Of a stretch of DNA of 64,000 nucleotides, positions 9,971 through 21,065 are shown one piece after another. The position numbers were made by a program, and so were the translations under genes. Source of the stretch: Vulcanimicrobiota bacterium (GTDB lineage: Bacteria > Vulcanimicrobiota > Xenobia > Xenobiales > JADMJV01); the NCBI GenBank assembly GCA_050250895.1, contig JBFWNU010000004.1:32001-96000 (forward strand), in the 5' to 3' direction. The notes beneath the pieces are model-generated. The model made no database searches, had not been told where the DNA came from, and worked only from the letters and a program-made list of their open reading frames with translations. Numbering within the stretch: the stretch's first letter is position 1; each line of letters opens with the position of its first letter.

Positions 9971-10420
9971 ATGAAAGTTCGCGATGTAATGACCCAGAAG
10001 GTCAGAACGATTGAATACTCAGCCAGCGTGCGTGAGTTGTCGAGGTTGCTCGACGAGCTTGGAATCTCTGGTGTCCCGGTGGTGGACGCCGATGGACGTC
10101 TGGTCGGGGTAGTCTCGAGCACCGACATCGGGGCTGGAGTGAGCGATCCTCCAGTTGCCAGCGAGATGGATCGGGATCTGCTCGACGAGGACCACGAACT
10201 GGCCGGCCTCGAGTCGGCCAAAGTGGCCGATCTTATGACCGAGCATGTGGTGACCATCGAGCCCAGCGCCAACGTCTCTGAACTCGTCGACCTGATGGTG
10301 GAATCCAACATCCACCGCGTCTTCGTCACCAGTGGCGAAGACCTGGTAGGAGTCGTCACCACGATGGACCTCATTCGCCAGCTCAAGTCCATGTTCTCGG
10401 GGCAGATGAGTAACGTATGA
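9971..10420 (+). CDS. CBS domain pair protein
   Basis: KVRDVMT..ISGVPVVD..GRLVGVVS and VADLMT..LVGVVTTMDL; RBS before ATG 9971. Confidence 0.92.
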   Translation: MKVRDVMTQKVRTIEYSASVRELSRLLDELGISGVPVVDADGRLVGVVSSTDIGAGVSDPPVASEMDRDLLDEDHELAGLESAKVADLMTEHVVTIEPSANVSELVDLMVESNIHRVFVTSGEDLVGVVTTMDLIRQLKSMFSGQMSNV

Positions 10421-11160
10421 CCAGACTGCTCACCCTCACTCTGGTTGCGCTTCTGGCGGCGGCGGGCCTGGCCGCGCCGTCAGGGCGTGACGATGGACCA
10501 AGCCCCGACCGGGGGCTTTATGTGTTCCAAGCCTATTGCGCCGCCTGCCACGGAGAGGGCGGCAAGGGTGACGGCCCGATGAGCGGCAAGCTCTATCTAG
10601 ACTTTGCCGTTCGCCCCGCCGATCTCTCCGCGCCAGCCTTCCAGAAAAGCCGGACCGACGAGCAACTCGAAGAGGCCGTGCGAGGAGGGGGCAAGGCGGT
10701 TCACAAGACCCCCTTCATGCCTGCCTGGGGACAGACGCTCACCGACCGTCAGGTGGACGATCTGGTGGCCTTCATCCGAGAGCTTGGTAGCGATCCGCTG
10801 GGCGACCGGCCGCCGATCGTCAATCTGGGCGACAAGCTCGAGCTGGGGCGGGTGCTTTACACCATCCACTGCCTGGCCTGCCATGGCACGACCGGCAAGG
10901 GCGACGGCCCCTTCTTACAAGGCCTGGGAGCTAGCGGAACCCTCACCAACCAGCCACCCAGTCTGGCGGTCTACGAGTTCTTCTATGACCGCAGCGATAA
11001 GCAACTGGAGGGTCCGGTCAAGAGCGGCATCACCCACTCAGGCCTCAAGACCGAGAACACCAGCTGGTGGCATCGCGCCCTCGACGACGAGGAAGTCCGC
11101 AGTTTGATCTTCTACCTGCGAAGCCTGCCGATGAGTCAGGCCGACCAGGAGAAGACCTAG
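10417..11160 (+). CDS. secreted diheme c-type cytochrome
   Basis: Signal peptide; CAACH and CLACH heme motifs; MPAWG; ATGA coupling to upstream gene. Confidence 0.92.
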   Translation: MTRLLTLTLVALLAAAGLAAPSGRDDGPSPDRGLYVFQAYCAACHGEGGKGDGPMSGKLYLDFAVRPADLSAPAFQKSRTDEQLEEAVRGGGKAVHKTPFMPAWGQTLTDRQVDDLVAFIRELGSDPLGDRPPIVNLGDKLELGRVLYTIHCLACHGTTGKGDGPFLQGLGASGTLTNQPPSLAVYEFFYDRSDKQLEGPVKSGITHSGLKTENTSWWHRALDDEEVRSLIFYLRSLPMSQADQEKT

Positions 11161-11162
11161 AC

Positions 11163-11861
11163 CTAACTGGCCCCTTCCTGACTGATCTCTTGCAAGCTGT
11201 CCAGGTCGAGAAGCTCTACCGCTTTTCGACTCCGCGACACAATACCTCGCTGGTGAAAGTCGGTCAGGACGCGGGCCAGCGTCTCGGGGGTCAAGCCGCA
11301 CAGCTGAGCCATCTCGAGGCGAGTGGGATAGTAGTGGAGATGCTCGGGCAAGACGGCGAACTCGAGCAGCAATTCGGCCACGCGCGCGCGGGCCGTTTTT
11401 CTTGCGTGGGAGAACCAGCGATTCTCGGCCGATTGTAGCTCGCGGGCCAGGCGCTCGATGATGGAAGTGGCCAGATTCGGTTCGAGGCTCATCAGGTTCT
11501 TGAGCGCCTTATCACTGAGGAAGCAGAACTCGGCCGCCGTCACCGTCTCGGCCGTCGCCGAATGGGTGCCCTCAGCGAAGAAGGCGCGATAACCCAGCGG
11601 TTGACCAGGTCCGGCCCAGGCCAGCAGGTGCTCGTTGCCATCAGCGGTCAGACGATACATGCGCACCACTCCGGCGCTCACGCAATAAATGCCCGAAGCC
11701 TTCTCGCCCTCGCGATAGATGACGTGGCCACGCGGAAACGAGACCACCGCGCGGGTAGCCTCGATAGCGTCGAGGCACTGATCGCTTACTCCAGAGAAAA
11801 TGCTGGTGCCGGCCAGGCGGGCGGCACAGGCACGACAAGAACTCGGGTCACATCTTTCCAC
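11163..11861 (-). CDS. Crp/Fnr-family transcriptional regulator
   Basis: N-terminal Cys cluster (CDPSSCRAC), cNMP-binding fold, HTH TRLEMAQLCGLTPETLARVL. Confidence 0.93.
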   Translation of the reverse strand: MERCDPSSCRACAARLAGTSIFSGVSDQCLDAIEATRAVVSFPRGHVIYREGEKASGIYCVSAGVVRMYRLTADGNEHLLAWAGPGQPLGYRAFFAEGTHSATAETVTAAEFCFLSDKALKNLMSLEPNLATSIIERLARELQSAENRWFSHARKTARARVAELLLEFAVLPEHLHYYPTRLEMAQLCGLTPETLARVLTDFHQRGIVSRSRKAVELLDLDSLQEISQEGAS

Positions 11862-11896
11862 AGAAAAGAGTGTGACCCAAAAAAACTCGCCAGCCT

Positions 11897-11910
11897 ATGA
11901 TATAGATCAG
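11897..11910 (-). promoter_or_regulatory. FNR/Crp-type box (ATGAT-ATAG-ATCAG), probable autoregulation
   Basis: TGAT-N4-ATCA, 22 nt from a CACACT -10 in front of the regulator's GTG. Confidence 0.7.
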
Positions 11911-12002
11911 TCGATGCAAGACAGGGTGACCTGTTTCCAACCAAATGTCGCTGTTGGTGAAAACAAGACGGAAAACCAGGACCGGCCCAGAAGCATGGGT
12001 AG

Positions 12003-12479
12003 GTGCTCGCCTGGCTCGAAGATGGTCGCCTCGACCCCTATCAGAAACCCGCCAACCCTTTCCAGGCCTATGCCCTCTTCGCCAAAGAGCCGAGTCCGGT
12101 GCAGCAGGCGGGCCAGATCATGAGCCGCCCGGTAATCACCATCGACGAGTTCACCAGCGTCGACAAAGCCCTGGGACGGATGTCCGAACACGGCCTCCAC
12201 CACCTGGGCGTAATCCGGCTGGGTCGGCTGGTTGGACTGGTCTCTGATCGCGACTTGATGAGGGCGCCCCCCGAGGCGCCGGCGGCCTCGTTCATGACCA
12301 GTCGTCTGCTCACCGCACGACCCGAGACCTCTCTGTGGAAAGTCGCCCGCACTATGGTGCGCCATCGCGTTCACTCGGTGCCGGTGCTCGATTCCGAGGG
12401 TCAACTGGTGGGACTCGTGACCAGTCAGGATCTGCTCGCCCTGATGACCCATCAGGCTCCGGTCGAGGTCTGGCTATAG
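12003..12479 (+). CDS. CBS domain protein
   Basis: IMSRPVITI..GRLVGLVSDRDL..VPVLDSEGQLVGLVTSQDLL. Confidence 0.88.
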   Translation: MLAWLEDGRLDPYQKPANPFQAYALFAKEPSPVQQAGQIMSRPVITIDEFTSVDKALGRMSEHGLHHLGVIRLGRLVGLVSDRDLMRAPPEAPAASFMTSRLLTARPETSLWKVARTMVRHRVHSVPVLDSEGQLVGLVTSQDLLALMTHQAPVEVWL

Positions 12480-13234
12480 AGGCCGAAGGCCGGATGCTCG
12501 ACCAGATAACCGAGCAGGTCAGTGCTGGTGACCATCCCGATGGGGGTCAACTCGCCGTCTACCACCACCAGGCTGTGGAACCGGCAACTGACCAGGGCTT
12601 CAGCCACCTCTTTAAGATCGGCCCTCGGTCCGGTGGTGAGCACGCGACGCACCATCATCTGGCCCACGGTCGCGGCCTGGCTGCCCAGCAAATCGCGATC
12701 GCTGACCAGACCGACCAGGCGACCCTCGTCGACCACCGGCAAATGGCTGAACCCGTGCTCGGCCAGCAACTCGAGAGCCTCGACCAGACTGACCTCGGGA
12801 CCGACCGAGACTACCGGCCGGCTCATGAGCTGTTCGACGGTCACGAAGTCGACGTTGGTCGATTGCTCGTCTGGCTCGAAGTCGGTGTCGATGCGCTCGA
12901 GGGCCTCGGGTCCCGGCCGCTGAGACGGATGTTGGCGCGCCACCCGCTGGGCCGGCTTGGCGACGACTTCTGAGTTGGGCGGAGGCAAGGGTAGGCCTGG
13001 CGGCAGAGGCGGCTCGTGGGGAGCGTTGCGAGCCGGCGGCGGGGACTGCGGACTGGTCTTCGAAGGCGACCGGTGGGCTACGGAAAACTCGACTCCATCC
13101 ATGGGCAGCGTCGGCTCGGGGCTGATGCGTTCCCAGTTGCCGTCGAGATAGGTATCGGGGACCGCCGCGTCGCCCGGAGGCAGGCGCGGAATCTCACGAT
13201 AAAGGACACCATCGACCAGCCAGAAGATCGCCAT
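12452..13234 (-). CDS. CBS domain protein with Pro-rich N-terminal region
   Basis: LMSRPVVSV..HLPVVDEGRLVGLVSDRDLL; paralog of 12003-12479. Confidence 0.88.
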   Translation of the reverse strand: MAIFWLVDGVLYREIPRLPPGDAAVPDTYLDGNWERISPEPTLPMDGVEFSVAHRSPSKTSPQSPPPARNAPHEPPLPPGLPLPPPNSEVVAKPAQRVARQHPSQRPGPEALERIDTDFEPDEQSTNVDFVTVEQLMSRPVVSVGPEVSLVEALELLAEHGFSHLPVVDEGRLVGLVSDRDLLGSQAATVGQMMVRRVLTTGPRADLKEVAEALVSCRFHSLVVVDGELTPIGMVTSTDLLGYLVEHPAFGLYSQTSTGA

Positions 13235-13235
13235 C

Positions 13236-14150
13236 TCAAATCTGAGCCGAGGTCGGGGCCAGCCGGGGCTCGAGATACTGCCACACCACCTGGGGCAGCT
13301 CTTCGCGGCAACACTGGCGTAGCGACGCCAGGATCTGGTTGGCTTCGGTCAAGGAGTGGATCCCGTTGCGCAAGGCCGCCGAGGCTTCACTGAGTTTGCG
13401 GGTCATCATCTGCTGCAGCAACGCATCCAGTTGTTGGGGGCGCTGCTCCCAAAGATCGAGAACTTGCTCGTAGAGGGCCGCCCGCAGGGCCGAGCCGACT
13501 CCCTGCAGGACCGTCTCGTTCCAGAGCCAGGTGCCCGGGTCGGGATAGAGGGTGCTCCAGACCTTGACCTCGCCCACCATCATCTCGGCGGTTTCCTGCG
13601 GAGTCATATCGAGAAACTCCAGCCGCATCTCTTCGGTCTTCTGGGTCTTGAGCGTCTTGACCTCAGAAGGTGGCCGCCCGTGAAGCAACTCGGCCGACAG
13701 TTCCCACTCGAGGGCTGGCCCGGCCATCGATTGGCTCAGACGGATCCAGGCCAGTTCGCCCACCTTGAAATAGAGGTAGTCCATCACCGCCTGGTCCACC
13801 TCGGCTTCAAGCTTGGCCGAAACGCCCGGCTTATGCGACTTGACGAACTCGCTGAGGCGCTGGCACTCCTGGTGGTCCAGGCCCGTTCCCAGTCGCCCGT
13901 GCATGGCCATGATGGCGGCTTCGAGACGCTGGCGGGCCTGCTGGCGCTGCTCGAGTTCTTGACGATGCTCGCGTTGGAAGCGCGCGTCGGGAGTATCGCC
14001 GTTCTCGAGCGCCGTGGCCTTGGCCCGAATGGCTCTGGCCAGGTCAGCCAACTCCGCTTGCAGCGCGTCAATCGATGGCGGCTCCAGCACCTCCTCCGGC
14101 TGATGGTGATGCTGAAAAATCCCCTCGAACATTCGGCCGAAAAAGCTCAC
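13236..14150 (-). CDS. hypothetical helical protein in the RND operon
   Basis: GTG at 14150 overlaps the RND stop (GTGA); the longer track ORF upstream is a shadow of the RND gene. Confidence 0.75.
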   Translation of the reverse strand: MSFFGRMFEGIFQHHHQPEEVLEPPSIDALQAELADLARAIRAKATALENGDTPDARFQREHRQELEQRQQARQRLEAAIMAMHGRLGTGLDHQECQRLSEFVKSHKPGVSAKLEAEVDQAVMDYLYFKVGELAWIRLSQSMAGPALEWELSAELLHGRPPSEVKTLKTQKTEEMRLEFLDMTPQETAEMMVGEVKVWSTLYPDPGTWLWNETVLQGVGSALRAALYEQVLDLWEQRPQQLDALLQQMMTRKLSEASAALRNGIHSLTEANQILASLRQCCREELPQVVWQYLEPRLAPTSAQI

Positions 14151-17100
14151 GCGTGGTCCCCTTTCTTCTGCTCGCGGCGATGCCAGACCATGTAATATAA
14201 CACCGGCACGGCCGTTCGTGACAAGAGCAAAGAGGCGACTTCTCCGGCCATCAGCGAAATGGCCAGTCCGTTGAAGATGGGGTCGGCCAAAATGACGCCC
14301 GAGCCGACCACCACGGCGGCGGCCGTGAGTAGCATCGGACGAAAGCGCACCGCGCCTGCATCGATGACGGCTTCTTCTAAGGGCATCCCCTGACTCAACC
14401 GCAACTCGATGAAGTCCACCAGAATGATCGAGTTGCGCACCACGATGCCGGCGCCGGCGATGAAGCCGATCATCGAGGTGGCCGTGAAGAAGGCTCCCAG
14501 GAAGAAGTGACCGGGCATGATGCCCACCATCGAGAAGGGGATGGCCGAGAGGATGACCAGCGGGGTCACGAAGTTCTGGAACCAACCCACAATCAAGGCG
14601 TAAATCAGCACCAGCACCACCGCGAAGGCGATGCCAAGGTCGCGAAAGACCTCATAGGTCACCTGCCACTCGCCGTCCCACTTGATGGCGTAGGACTCGG
14701 TATCGGGCGGTTGCGAAAAGAGGAAGGTCCTGACCTTGACTCCGTCGGGCGTGGGCAGTTTGTTGATACCGCGTCCCAAATCAAGAATGCTATAGAGCGG
14801 GCTGTCGAGTTTACCCGACACATCACCGGTCACATAGATGACCGGTTGAAGATTCTTGTGATAGATGGAGTACTCGCCGGCTCGTTCGCGGAAGGTCACG
14901 AGTTCGCCCAGGGCCACCGTGCCGCCCGAGCGGGTTGGTAACCGCAGAGCGGCCAGGTGGCGCTTCGAGGCTCTGGCCTGGCGCGAGAAGCGGATGACGA
15001 TGCGGACATCCTCTCGGGCCACAGAATCGTGCAGCAGTCCGGCCACCTGGCCCTCGAGCAGCGCCTCTACGGTCGCCTGGATCTCGGCCGGGGCCACGCC
15101 GCTGCGAGCAGCCTTCTCGCGGTCGACCTCGAGCACCAACTCGGGATAGGGGTCCTCTTGATACCAATCCACATCCACCACACCCTCGGTCTCGACGTAC
15201 AGTTGGCGGATCTGGTCGGCCAACTCCCGGGTTCCTCTGGCATCGGGTCCGAAAACCTCGGTCACCAGCGTCTGAAGCACCGGCGGTCCGGGCGGAATCT
15301 CGGCCACCTGGACCACCGCCCCACGCTCGTGAGCCAGCCTGGCCAGGGTCGGCCGCAGCGCCTTGGCGATGTCGTGACTCTGGCGCTGGCGATGGTGCTT
15401 GGCGGCCAGATTGACCTGGATGTCGGCCACGTTCGAGCCCCGTCGCAAGAAGTAGCGACGCACCAACCCATTGAAGTTGTAGGGGGAAGAGGTGCCCACA
15501 TAGACCTGATAGTTGGTCACCTCGGGCACCTTCTCGACTTCGGCGGATAGAGCCCGGGCCACGGCGGCGGTATCTTCCAGGCTGGTTCCCTCGGGGGTGT
15601 CGATGAGCACCTGGAACTCGGATTTATTGTCGAAGGGCAGCATCTTGAAGACTACCAACCGCAACGGCACCATGGCTACCGCCGCCAACAGCAACCCCAC
15701 GATGCCGATCACGAAGGCCCAGCGATAGGCCGCCTTGGCGATCAGCGGACCCATCAGCCGGCGATAGATTCGAGTGAGCAGGTCTTCTTCGTGCGCCTCG
15801 TGGTGACTGGCATCGTCAAGCAGCCGCAGGGCCGCCCAGGGAACCACCGTAAAGGCCACCACCATCGAGAACAGCATGGCCGCCGAGGCTCCCAGTGGAA
15901 TCGGCAACATGTACGGCCCCATCAAGCCGCGCACGAAGGCCATCGGCAGAATGGCTGCGACCACGGTGAAGGTGGCCAAAATGGTGGGATTGCCGACCTC
16001 CTCCACCGCTTCGATCACCACTTCTCGGGCGGCTCGGCCGTGATTCTCGGGCAGTCGCATATGGCGAACCACGTTCTCCACCACCACGATGGCGTCATCC
16101 ACCAGGATTCCGATAGAGAAGATGAGGGCAAAGAAGGTGACCCGGTTGAGGGTGAAGTCGTAGAGCACGAACGTGGCCAGGGTCAGGGCCAGCGTTACCG
16201 GGATGGCCAGAGCCACCACCGCCGATTCGCGCCGGCCCAGGGCCAACCAGATCAAGAGGGTCACCGAGACCACCGCAATACCCATGTGATAAAGCAGCTC
16301 GTTGGAGCGCTCGGCGGCCGTTTCGCCATAGTTACGGGTGACCGTGAGTTCGACCCCGCCGGGCAGATAGGTCGCCTTGAGCATGTCCACCTTGGCCAGC
16401 ACTGCCTCGGCTACCGAGATGGCGTTGGCGCCGGACCGCTTGGCGACCGAGATGGTGACTGCCTGTTGCAGCCCGGCTTGATGACCCGACTCCAGCGAAG
16501 GGCCGGTGCCGTGCAAAACGTAGCTGGCCGGGTCGGGCCCCGCCTCGACGATGGTGGCGACCTCGCTCAGATAGACCGGTCGACCCTGGTGCACGGCCAC
16601 TACCACCTGTCCCAGCTCCTTGGGGTCCCGCAAGAAGGCGTCGACCTTTACCGGTATGGCTTTCAGATCGCCGTCGAGGTAGCCCGCCCGCGAAGCCGCG
16701 TTGTGGGCTGCCAGGGCCTGGGCCAGGGCGCCTGGGGAGAGCGAGTAAGCCGCCAGCCGTGAGGGCTCGACTTCGACTCGCAACTCACGCCGCAAGCCTC
16801 CGATTAGGGTCGTCTCGGCCACGTTGTCGACCTGCTTGATCTGCTCGTCGAGTTGGGCGGCCACCCGCCGGAGCTCGGTCGCCTCGAGGCTCGAACTCGA
16901 CAAAGTCAGGGCCAGAATGGGCACGTCGTCGATCGAGCGCGCTTTCACCAGCGGGTTGGACACTCCCGGCGGAATGCGGTCGAGGTTGGCATAGAGCTTG
17001 GTATAGAGCTGCACGATGGCGTCCTCGGGGTCGGTCCCCACATAGAACCGGACCACCACCATCGATTCGCCAGGGCGACTGGTGGAATACACGTACTCCA

Positions 17101-17353
17101 CCCCGGGCAACTCGCGAATGAGCTTCTCCATCGGATAGGTCACCCGTTGCTCGACCTCTTCGGGAGAGGCGCCCGGCATGGCGACGAAAACGTCGGCCAT
17201 GGGCACGGTGATCTGGGGTTCTTCTTCGCGCGGCAGGATGACCGTGGCTCCCACGCCCAGCAGAATCGAGACCAGCATCAGCAGAGGAGTCAGTCGCGAG
17301 TTGATAAATCCGCTGGCCAGGCGACCAGCTAATCCGTGGCCTTCACTACTCAT
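14147..17353 (-). CDS. RND efflux permease (AcrB/AcrD/AcrF family)
   Basis: [34 protein letters not shown] and RFRPMLLT motifs. Confidence 0.96.
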   Translation of the reverse strand: MSSEGHGLAGRLASGFINSRLTPLLMLVSILLGVGATVILPREEEPQITVPMADVFVAMPGASPEEVEQRVTYPMEKLIRELPGVEYVYSTSRPGESMVVVRFYVGTDPEDAIVQLYTKLYANLDRIPPGVSNPLVKARSIDDVPILALTLSSSSLEATELRRVAAQLDEQIKQVDNVAETTLIGGLRRELRVEVEPSRLAAYSLSPGALAQALAAHNAASRAGYLDGDLKAIPVKVDAFLRDPKELGQVVVAVHQGRPVYLSEVATIVEAGPDPASYVLHGTGPSLESGHQAGLQQAVTISVAKRSGANAISVAEAVLAKVDMLKATYLPGGVELTVTRNYGETAAERSNELLYHMGIAVVSVTLLIWLALGRRESAVVALAIPVTLALTLATFVLYDFTLNRVTFFALIFSIGILVDDAIVVVENVVRHMRLPENHGRAAREVVIEAVEEVGNPTILATFTVVAAILPMAFVRGLMGPYMLPIPLGASAAMLFSMVVAFTVVPWAALRLLDDASHHEAHEEDLLTRIYRRLMGPLIAKAAYRWAFVIGIVGLLLAAVAMVPLRLVVFKMLPFDNKSEFQVLIDTPEGTSLEDTAAVARALSAEVEKVPEVTNYQVYVGTSSPYNFNGLVRRYFLRRGSNVADIQVNLAAKHHRQRQSHDIAKALRPTLARLAHERGAVVQVAEIPPGPPVLQTLVTEVFGPDARGTRELADQIRQLYVETEGVVDVDWYQEDPYPELVLEVDREKAARSGVAPAEIQATVEALLEGQVAGLLHDSVAREDVRIVIRFSRQARASKRHLAALRLPTRSGGTVALGELVTFRERAGEYSIYHKNLQPVIYVTGDVSGKLDSPLYSILDLGRGINKLPTPDGVKVRTFLFSQPPDTESYAIKWDGEWQVTYEVFRDLGIAFAVVLVLIYALIVGWFQNFVTPLVILSAIPFSMVGIMPGHFFLGAFFTATSMIGFIAGAGIVVRNSIILVDFIELRLSQGMPLEEAVIDAGAVRFRPMLLTAAAVVVGSGVILADPIFNGLAISLMAGEVASLLLSRTAVPVLYYMVWHRREQKKGDHA

Positions 17354-18611
17354 GGACAGGGTCACCATCTCTCAAGCTAGCAGGAGGATTGAGGATCACC
17401 CTCACCCCTGGCTGAAGACCCGACAGAACCTCGAGCCGTTCGGCCAGAGGCTCGCCCAACTTGACCAGACGATAGCGAGCCTTCTGCTCGTCATCGACCA
17501 CGAAGACTCCCTCGAGCTGACCGCGCCGCACCACCGACTCGGGGGCCACCCGCAGAACCTGGCGAGACCCGTTCTCGAGCACCACCCGCCCATAGAGGCC
17601 GGGGAAGAGCTTGCGTTCGGGGTTAGGCACTTCGATCTTGACCGTGAAGGCGCGACTCGACGGGTCGGCCGAGGGCACGATGTGACGCACGACGCCGGTC
17701 ATCTTTTGCTCGAGAGCATCGATGCCCACGCCGACCGTCTGCTGTAGACGGATGGTCCCGATCTGGGTTTCAGGAACAGCCACCTCGAGCCACAGACTGC
17801 GAGTGTCCTGTACCTCCAGGAGCGGCTGCGAGGGAGTGGCCATATCGCCCTCTTGCACCGACTTGCGGGTTACGTAGCCATCGATGGGTGAAGTGATGTT
17901 GGAGTAGTGCAGTGGAGCCGAAGCCACCGAGATACCGGCCGCTGCCTGCGAGACGCCGGCCTGGGCGCTGCCCACCGCCGCCTGGGCCTCGGCTGTCTGG
18001 GACTCGGCCCGGCGAACCGAGGCTTTAGCGGCCTCAATGCCAGCACCGAGCTGAGCAACCCGAGCCTGAGCCACTTCGAAGGCTGTCTTGGAGCGATCGT
18101 AATCGCGGGCCGGCAGGGCTCCGGCTTGGTAGAGCATCTCCATTCGGTGAAGGTCGGTCCGGGCCAATTCAGCCTCGGCCCTAGCCTCGGGCAATCGCGA
18201 CAGCGCCTGATCCAGCCCGGCCCTGGCCTCAGCCAGTCCCGATTGGGCCGAACGCACTCCAGCCAGAGCCTGCTCGGTCTGGGCGGCGGCCATGCGCCGG
18301 CTCGATTCAGCCTGGCGAATCATGGCCTCGACATCGGCGACATCCACTCGAACCACCGTCTGACCTTGATGCACGAAGTCGCCTTCTTCTACCCGCAGGT
18401 AGGTGATCCAGCCGCTGAGGCGAGTCGACAACACGGCCCTGCGGATAGCCACCAGGGTGCCCGCGAACTCCACCTTGTCCGGCACCTCCTGCCAGCGCAA
18501 TTCCTCGCTGGCCACCGTCACCGGCGCCTTCTCTGGCTGGCTGGCATGGTCGGGCTCAGAGCCTCCGCAGGCAGCCAGCAGCAGCAAAACGATCAAACTC
18601 CAGTATTTCAT
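17346..18611 (-). CDS. RND periplasmic adaptor (MFP) lipoprotein
   Basis: LAAC lipobox, lipoyl halves, coiled coil, ITSPIDG and PGLYGRV. Confidence 0.93.
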   Translation of the reverse strand: MKYWSLIVLLLLAACGGSEPDHASQPEKAPVTVASEELRWQEVPDKVEFAGTLVAIRRAVLSTRLSGWITYLRVEEGDFVHQGQTVVRVDVADVEAMIRQAESSRRMAAAQTEQALAGVRSAQSGLAEARAGLDQALSRLPEARAEAELARTDLHRMEMLYQAGALPARDYDRSKTAFEVAQARVAQLGAGIEAAKASVRRAESQTAEAQAAVGSAQAGVSQAAAGISVASAPLHYSNITSPIDGYVTRKSVQEGDMATPSQPLLEVQDTRSLWLEVAVPETQIGTIRLQQTVGVGIDALEQKMTGVVRHIVPSADPSSRAFTVKIEVPNPERKLFPGLYGRVVLENGSRQVLRVAPESVVRRGQLEGVFVVDDEQKARYRLVKLGEPLAERLEVLSGLQPGVRVILNPPASLRDGDPVHE

Positions 18612-18696
18612 AATCACATTATAACTAAATATTGTTTTTTATCAATATTTATCCAAAACTCCAAGAATAGTCTCGCCCCACCTACTGGTCAGAGCA

Positions 18697-18710
18697 CTGA
18701 TCTATGTCAG
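18697..18710 (-). promoter_or_regulatory. FNR/Crp-type box (CTGAT-CTAT-GTCAG)
   Basis: 22 nt from a GAGACT -10 (18674-18669) upstream of the RND operon. Confidence 0.6.
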
Positions 18711-18727
18711 TTGGGATGGAAGAACGC

Positions 18728-19126
18728 TCAGTCGACGTAAGAATCGAAGGGCTCGTCCAGGCGTAACGACTCGTCGATCACGGCCAGCACAGCGGCCAGC
18801 ATGGCCTGATGCTCGGCCGGAGGGAGATTCTCGGGGATCTCGGGAGTCACCTCGGGCGTAAGAGGGGCGACCTCGCCCACCAGTCGCTGCAAGCGCGCCA
18901 CGGCGTCACGGTAAGCCTCGACTCGCTTACGGCCGGCGAACTCGCCCTCGAGATTGCTGAAGAAGTCCCACTCGTCGAGAAACTCATGCATGTGCACGGC
19001 CACCAGTTCATCAAAGCGCTCCCAATGCTCCACCGGCATCCGAACACCGCGCCGGTCGTGCCAGGGCGAATCGGCGATCGGAAGCGGCTCATCCTCTTCG
19101 CCGGGAGCCACGAAATACTGATACAT
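18728..19126 (-). CDS. hypothetical acidic protein
   Basis: ORF with protein-like composition from ATG 19126 (MYQYFVAPG). Confidence 0.6.
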   Translation of the reverse strand: MYQYFVAPGEEDEPLPIADSPWHDRRGVRMPVEHWERFDELVAVHMHEFLDEWDFFSNLEGEFAGRKRVEAYRDAVARLQRLVGEVAPLTPEVTPEIPENLPPAEHQAMLAAVLAVIDESLRLDEPFDSYVD

Positions 19127-19297
19127 GCGAGACACGCGCACCCTTTCGAGGCGCGAACCCAAATCCCGCCCAGGAATCCGGCCCTCGCGCGTCTAAGAAT
19201 ATATATAGGCGATATTCCTTTTTCCAATCTGCATATCTCGCGGATGGAATCTCTCGTCCACACTTCCAGGCCACGGCCAAGAAAGGAGCGTTGCTTT

Positions 19298-19843
19298 ATC
19301 CGTAGGAGAAGACGCTGGGTTAGTAAGAAACCTGAATTTGAACATCGAGTCAACGAACGAGTTCGTGCCCCCAAGATCAGGGTGGTAGGCGCTGAGGGCG
19401 ATCAGTTGGGGGTGATGCATCCTCGCCAAGCCCTCGCCCTGGCCCAAGAGAAAGAACTCGACCTGGTGGAGGTCGCTCCCAACGCGAGCCCTCCCGTCTG
19501 CCGGCTGATGGACTACGGCCGGTGGCGCTATGAAAACAGCAAGAAGAAGTCGGCCAAGAAAACGACGCCCGAGCTGCGAGAAGTCAAGATGCGGCCCAAA
19601 ATCGACGAGCACGACTATCAGGTCAAGTGTCGCATCGTCAAGCGCCTGTTGCGCGGCGGAGACAAGGTCAAGGTGACCATGCGCTTTCGCGGTCGCGAGG
19701 TGACTCACGATGATATAGCCCGCGACATTCTGCTGCGCGTGCGCGATGACGCCGAGGAACTTGCCAGGGTCGAGTCCAAGCCGAACCGGCAGGGGCGAAG
19801 CATGTCTATGGTGTTGGCGCCGTCCGGGGAGGTGCAGGCATGA
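19298..19843 (+). CDS. infC: translation initiation factor IF-3
   Basis: RVNERVRAPKIRVV..LDLVEVAPNASPPVCRLMDYG..REVKMRPKIDEHD..GDKVKVTMRFRGRE; AAGGAG RBS 9 nt before an in-frame ATC start. Confidence 0.93.
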   Translation: MRRRRRWVSKKPEFEHRVNERVRAPKIRVVGAEGDQLGVMHPRQALALAQEKELDLVEVAPNASPPVCRLMDYGRWRYENSKKKSAKKTTPELREVKMRPKIDEHDYQVKCRIVKRLLRGGDKVKVTMRFRGREVTHDDIARDILLRVRDDAEELARVESKPNRQGRSMSMVLAPSGEVQA

Positions 19844-20334
19844 AGACCATCGATTTGACCCCCGGAGGGTTGGCCAGTGTGCCGATCACTGGACTCTGTC
19901 GCGTGGTCGAGATGCAAGAGCAAGAGATGCTCGGAGAGATGCACCGCTTCTTCGTTTTGGCCTCGGAAGACAACGACTATGTCGTCAAGATCCCCGCCAG
20001 CCAGATCGAGAAGATGGGTATTCGCCCGCTCCTCGACAGCGAGGAGATGGAAGGCCTGCTCGAAGACCCCCCCGAGATAGAGTCCCCCAAAGAGCGGACC
20101 CCGCTGTTGATCAAGAAGTGGACTCGCGAGTTGCGCTCGGGTAAGCCAGGGGCGCGCAGGCAAGTACTGCTCGAACTCAACGCCTTGCGCCTGGCGCGAG
20201 GTAAACTTGGCAAGCGCGAAGGAGCCTTCTTAGAGACGGTGCGCACCAACTTTCGCCACGAGATCGAAGAGGTGCTCGAACTGAGTCCCAGTCAGGCCGG
20301 CTATCGTCTCAACCGGGCTATCGGCATGCACTAG
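19840..20334 (+). CDS. divergent CarD-family protein
   Basis: GLCRVVEMQEQEMLGEMHRFFVL..VKIPASQIEKMGIRPL..ELRSG; ATGA coupling to infC. Confidence 0.75.
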   Translation: MKTIDLTPGGLASVPITGLCRVVEMQEQEMLGEMHRFFVLASEDNDYVVKIPASQIEKMGIRPLLDSEEMEGLLEDPPEIESPKERTPLLIKKWTRELRSGKPGARRQVLLELNALRLARGKLGKREGAFLETVRTNFRHEIEEVLELSPSQAGYRLNRAIGMH

Positions 20335-20369
20335 AGGTCAGCCACGACCTACCGGGGAATTTATCTTAG

Positions 20370-21065
20370 ATGACGGTCCTCGGGATCAGAAGGCCGGGAG
20401 ACGGCTGGTTCTTCACCCTGCGCGAGCGCTTCTATAGGGTGTGGTTGGCCACCCTGGCCTTCTGTATTGTGGTGGGTGGCACCTATGGCGAATGCATCCC
20501 GCTATACGGCGGACTGCTTCTCTACCTCGGCCTTTGTCCGCTCGGCCTGGCTCTGGTCGTTGTGCACTCCAGCCGAGCTTTCTTGAGCGAGCAGTGGGTC
20601 TACGACCCCGAGCTGGGTCAGATACTGCGGGTCGCCGAGAGGCCATTTCGACGCCTGCTCAAAGTGGCTGAACTTGCGGAGCTGACGGGGGTTGCTCTGG
20701 CTGCTGAAGAGGTCGCGACCATCCGCGTGGCCCCTGATGGCCTCGACCCCACCGCCGAGCAGGTGGTGTATCTGCTGCGCGGATCGGCCGCTCCAGTCGG
20801 GGTCGCTCGCTTCGACTTTTTGGAACGAGCCGAGGCCCTCAGCCTGGCCGAGGAGTTGGCCGAACAACTGGACCTGCCCCTGCGCATCGGCGGCCCCCAT
20901 GAGTGGCTGTCGATCGACGCGGGGGGCGAGTTGACGTTCGTGCCCTACGACTACGACCTGGTTTGGCTGCGAGGCCCGATGGGCGCGGCGATTTTCTTCA
21001 GCTGGCCCCTCGGGTTGATCGGAACGATGCTTCTCTCTGGACTACTGGTAGCGGGGTTTCGGTGA
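20370..21065 (+). CDS. membrane protein, tandem paralog 1
   Basis: Three TM segments; shares RPGDGWF..RFYRVWLATL, ELTGVALAAEE and TAEQVVYLLR with the next gene. Confidence 0.8.
   Translation: MTVLGIRRPGDGWFFTLRERFYRVWLATLAFCIVVGGTYGECIPLYGGLLLYLGLCPLGLALVVVHSSRAFLSEQWVYDPELGQILRVAERPFRRLLKVAELAELTGVALAAEEVATIRVAPDGLDPTAEQVVYLLRGSAAPVGVARFDFLERAEALSLAEELAEQLDLPLRIGGPHEWLSIDAGGELTFVPYDYDLVWLRGPMGAAIFFSWPLGLIGTMLLSGLLVAGFR

Noticed and set aside
18809-19297. Long N-terminal extension of IF-3 in the ORF track
   Set aside because: Mostly antisense to 18728-19126; an RBS plus ATC at 19298 explains the real start
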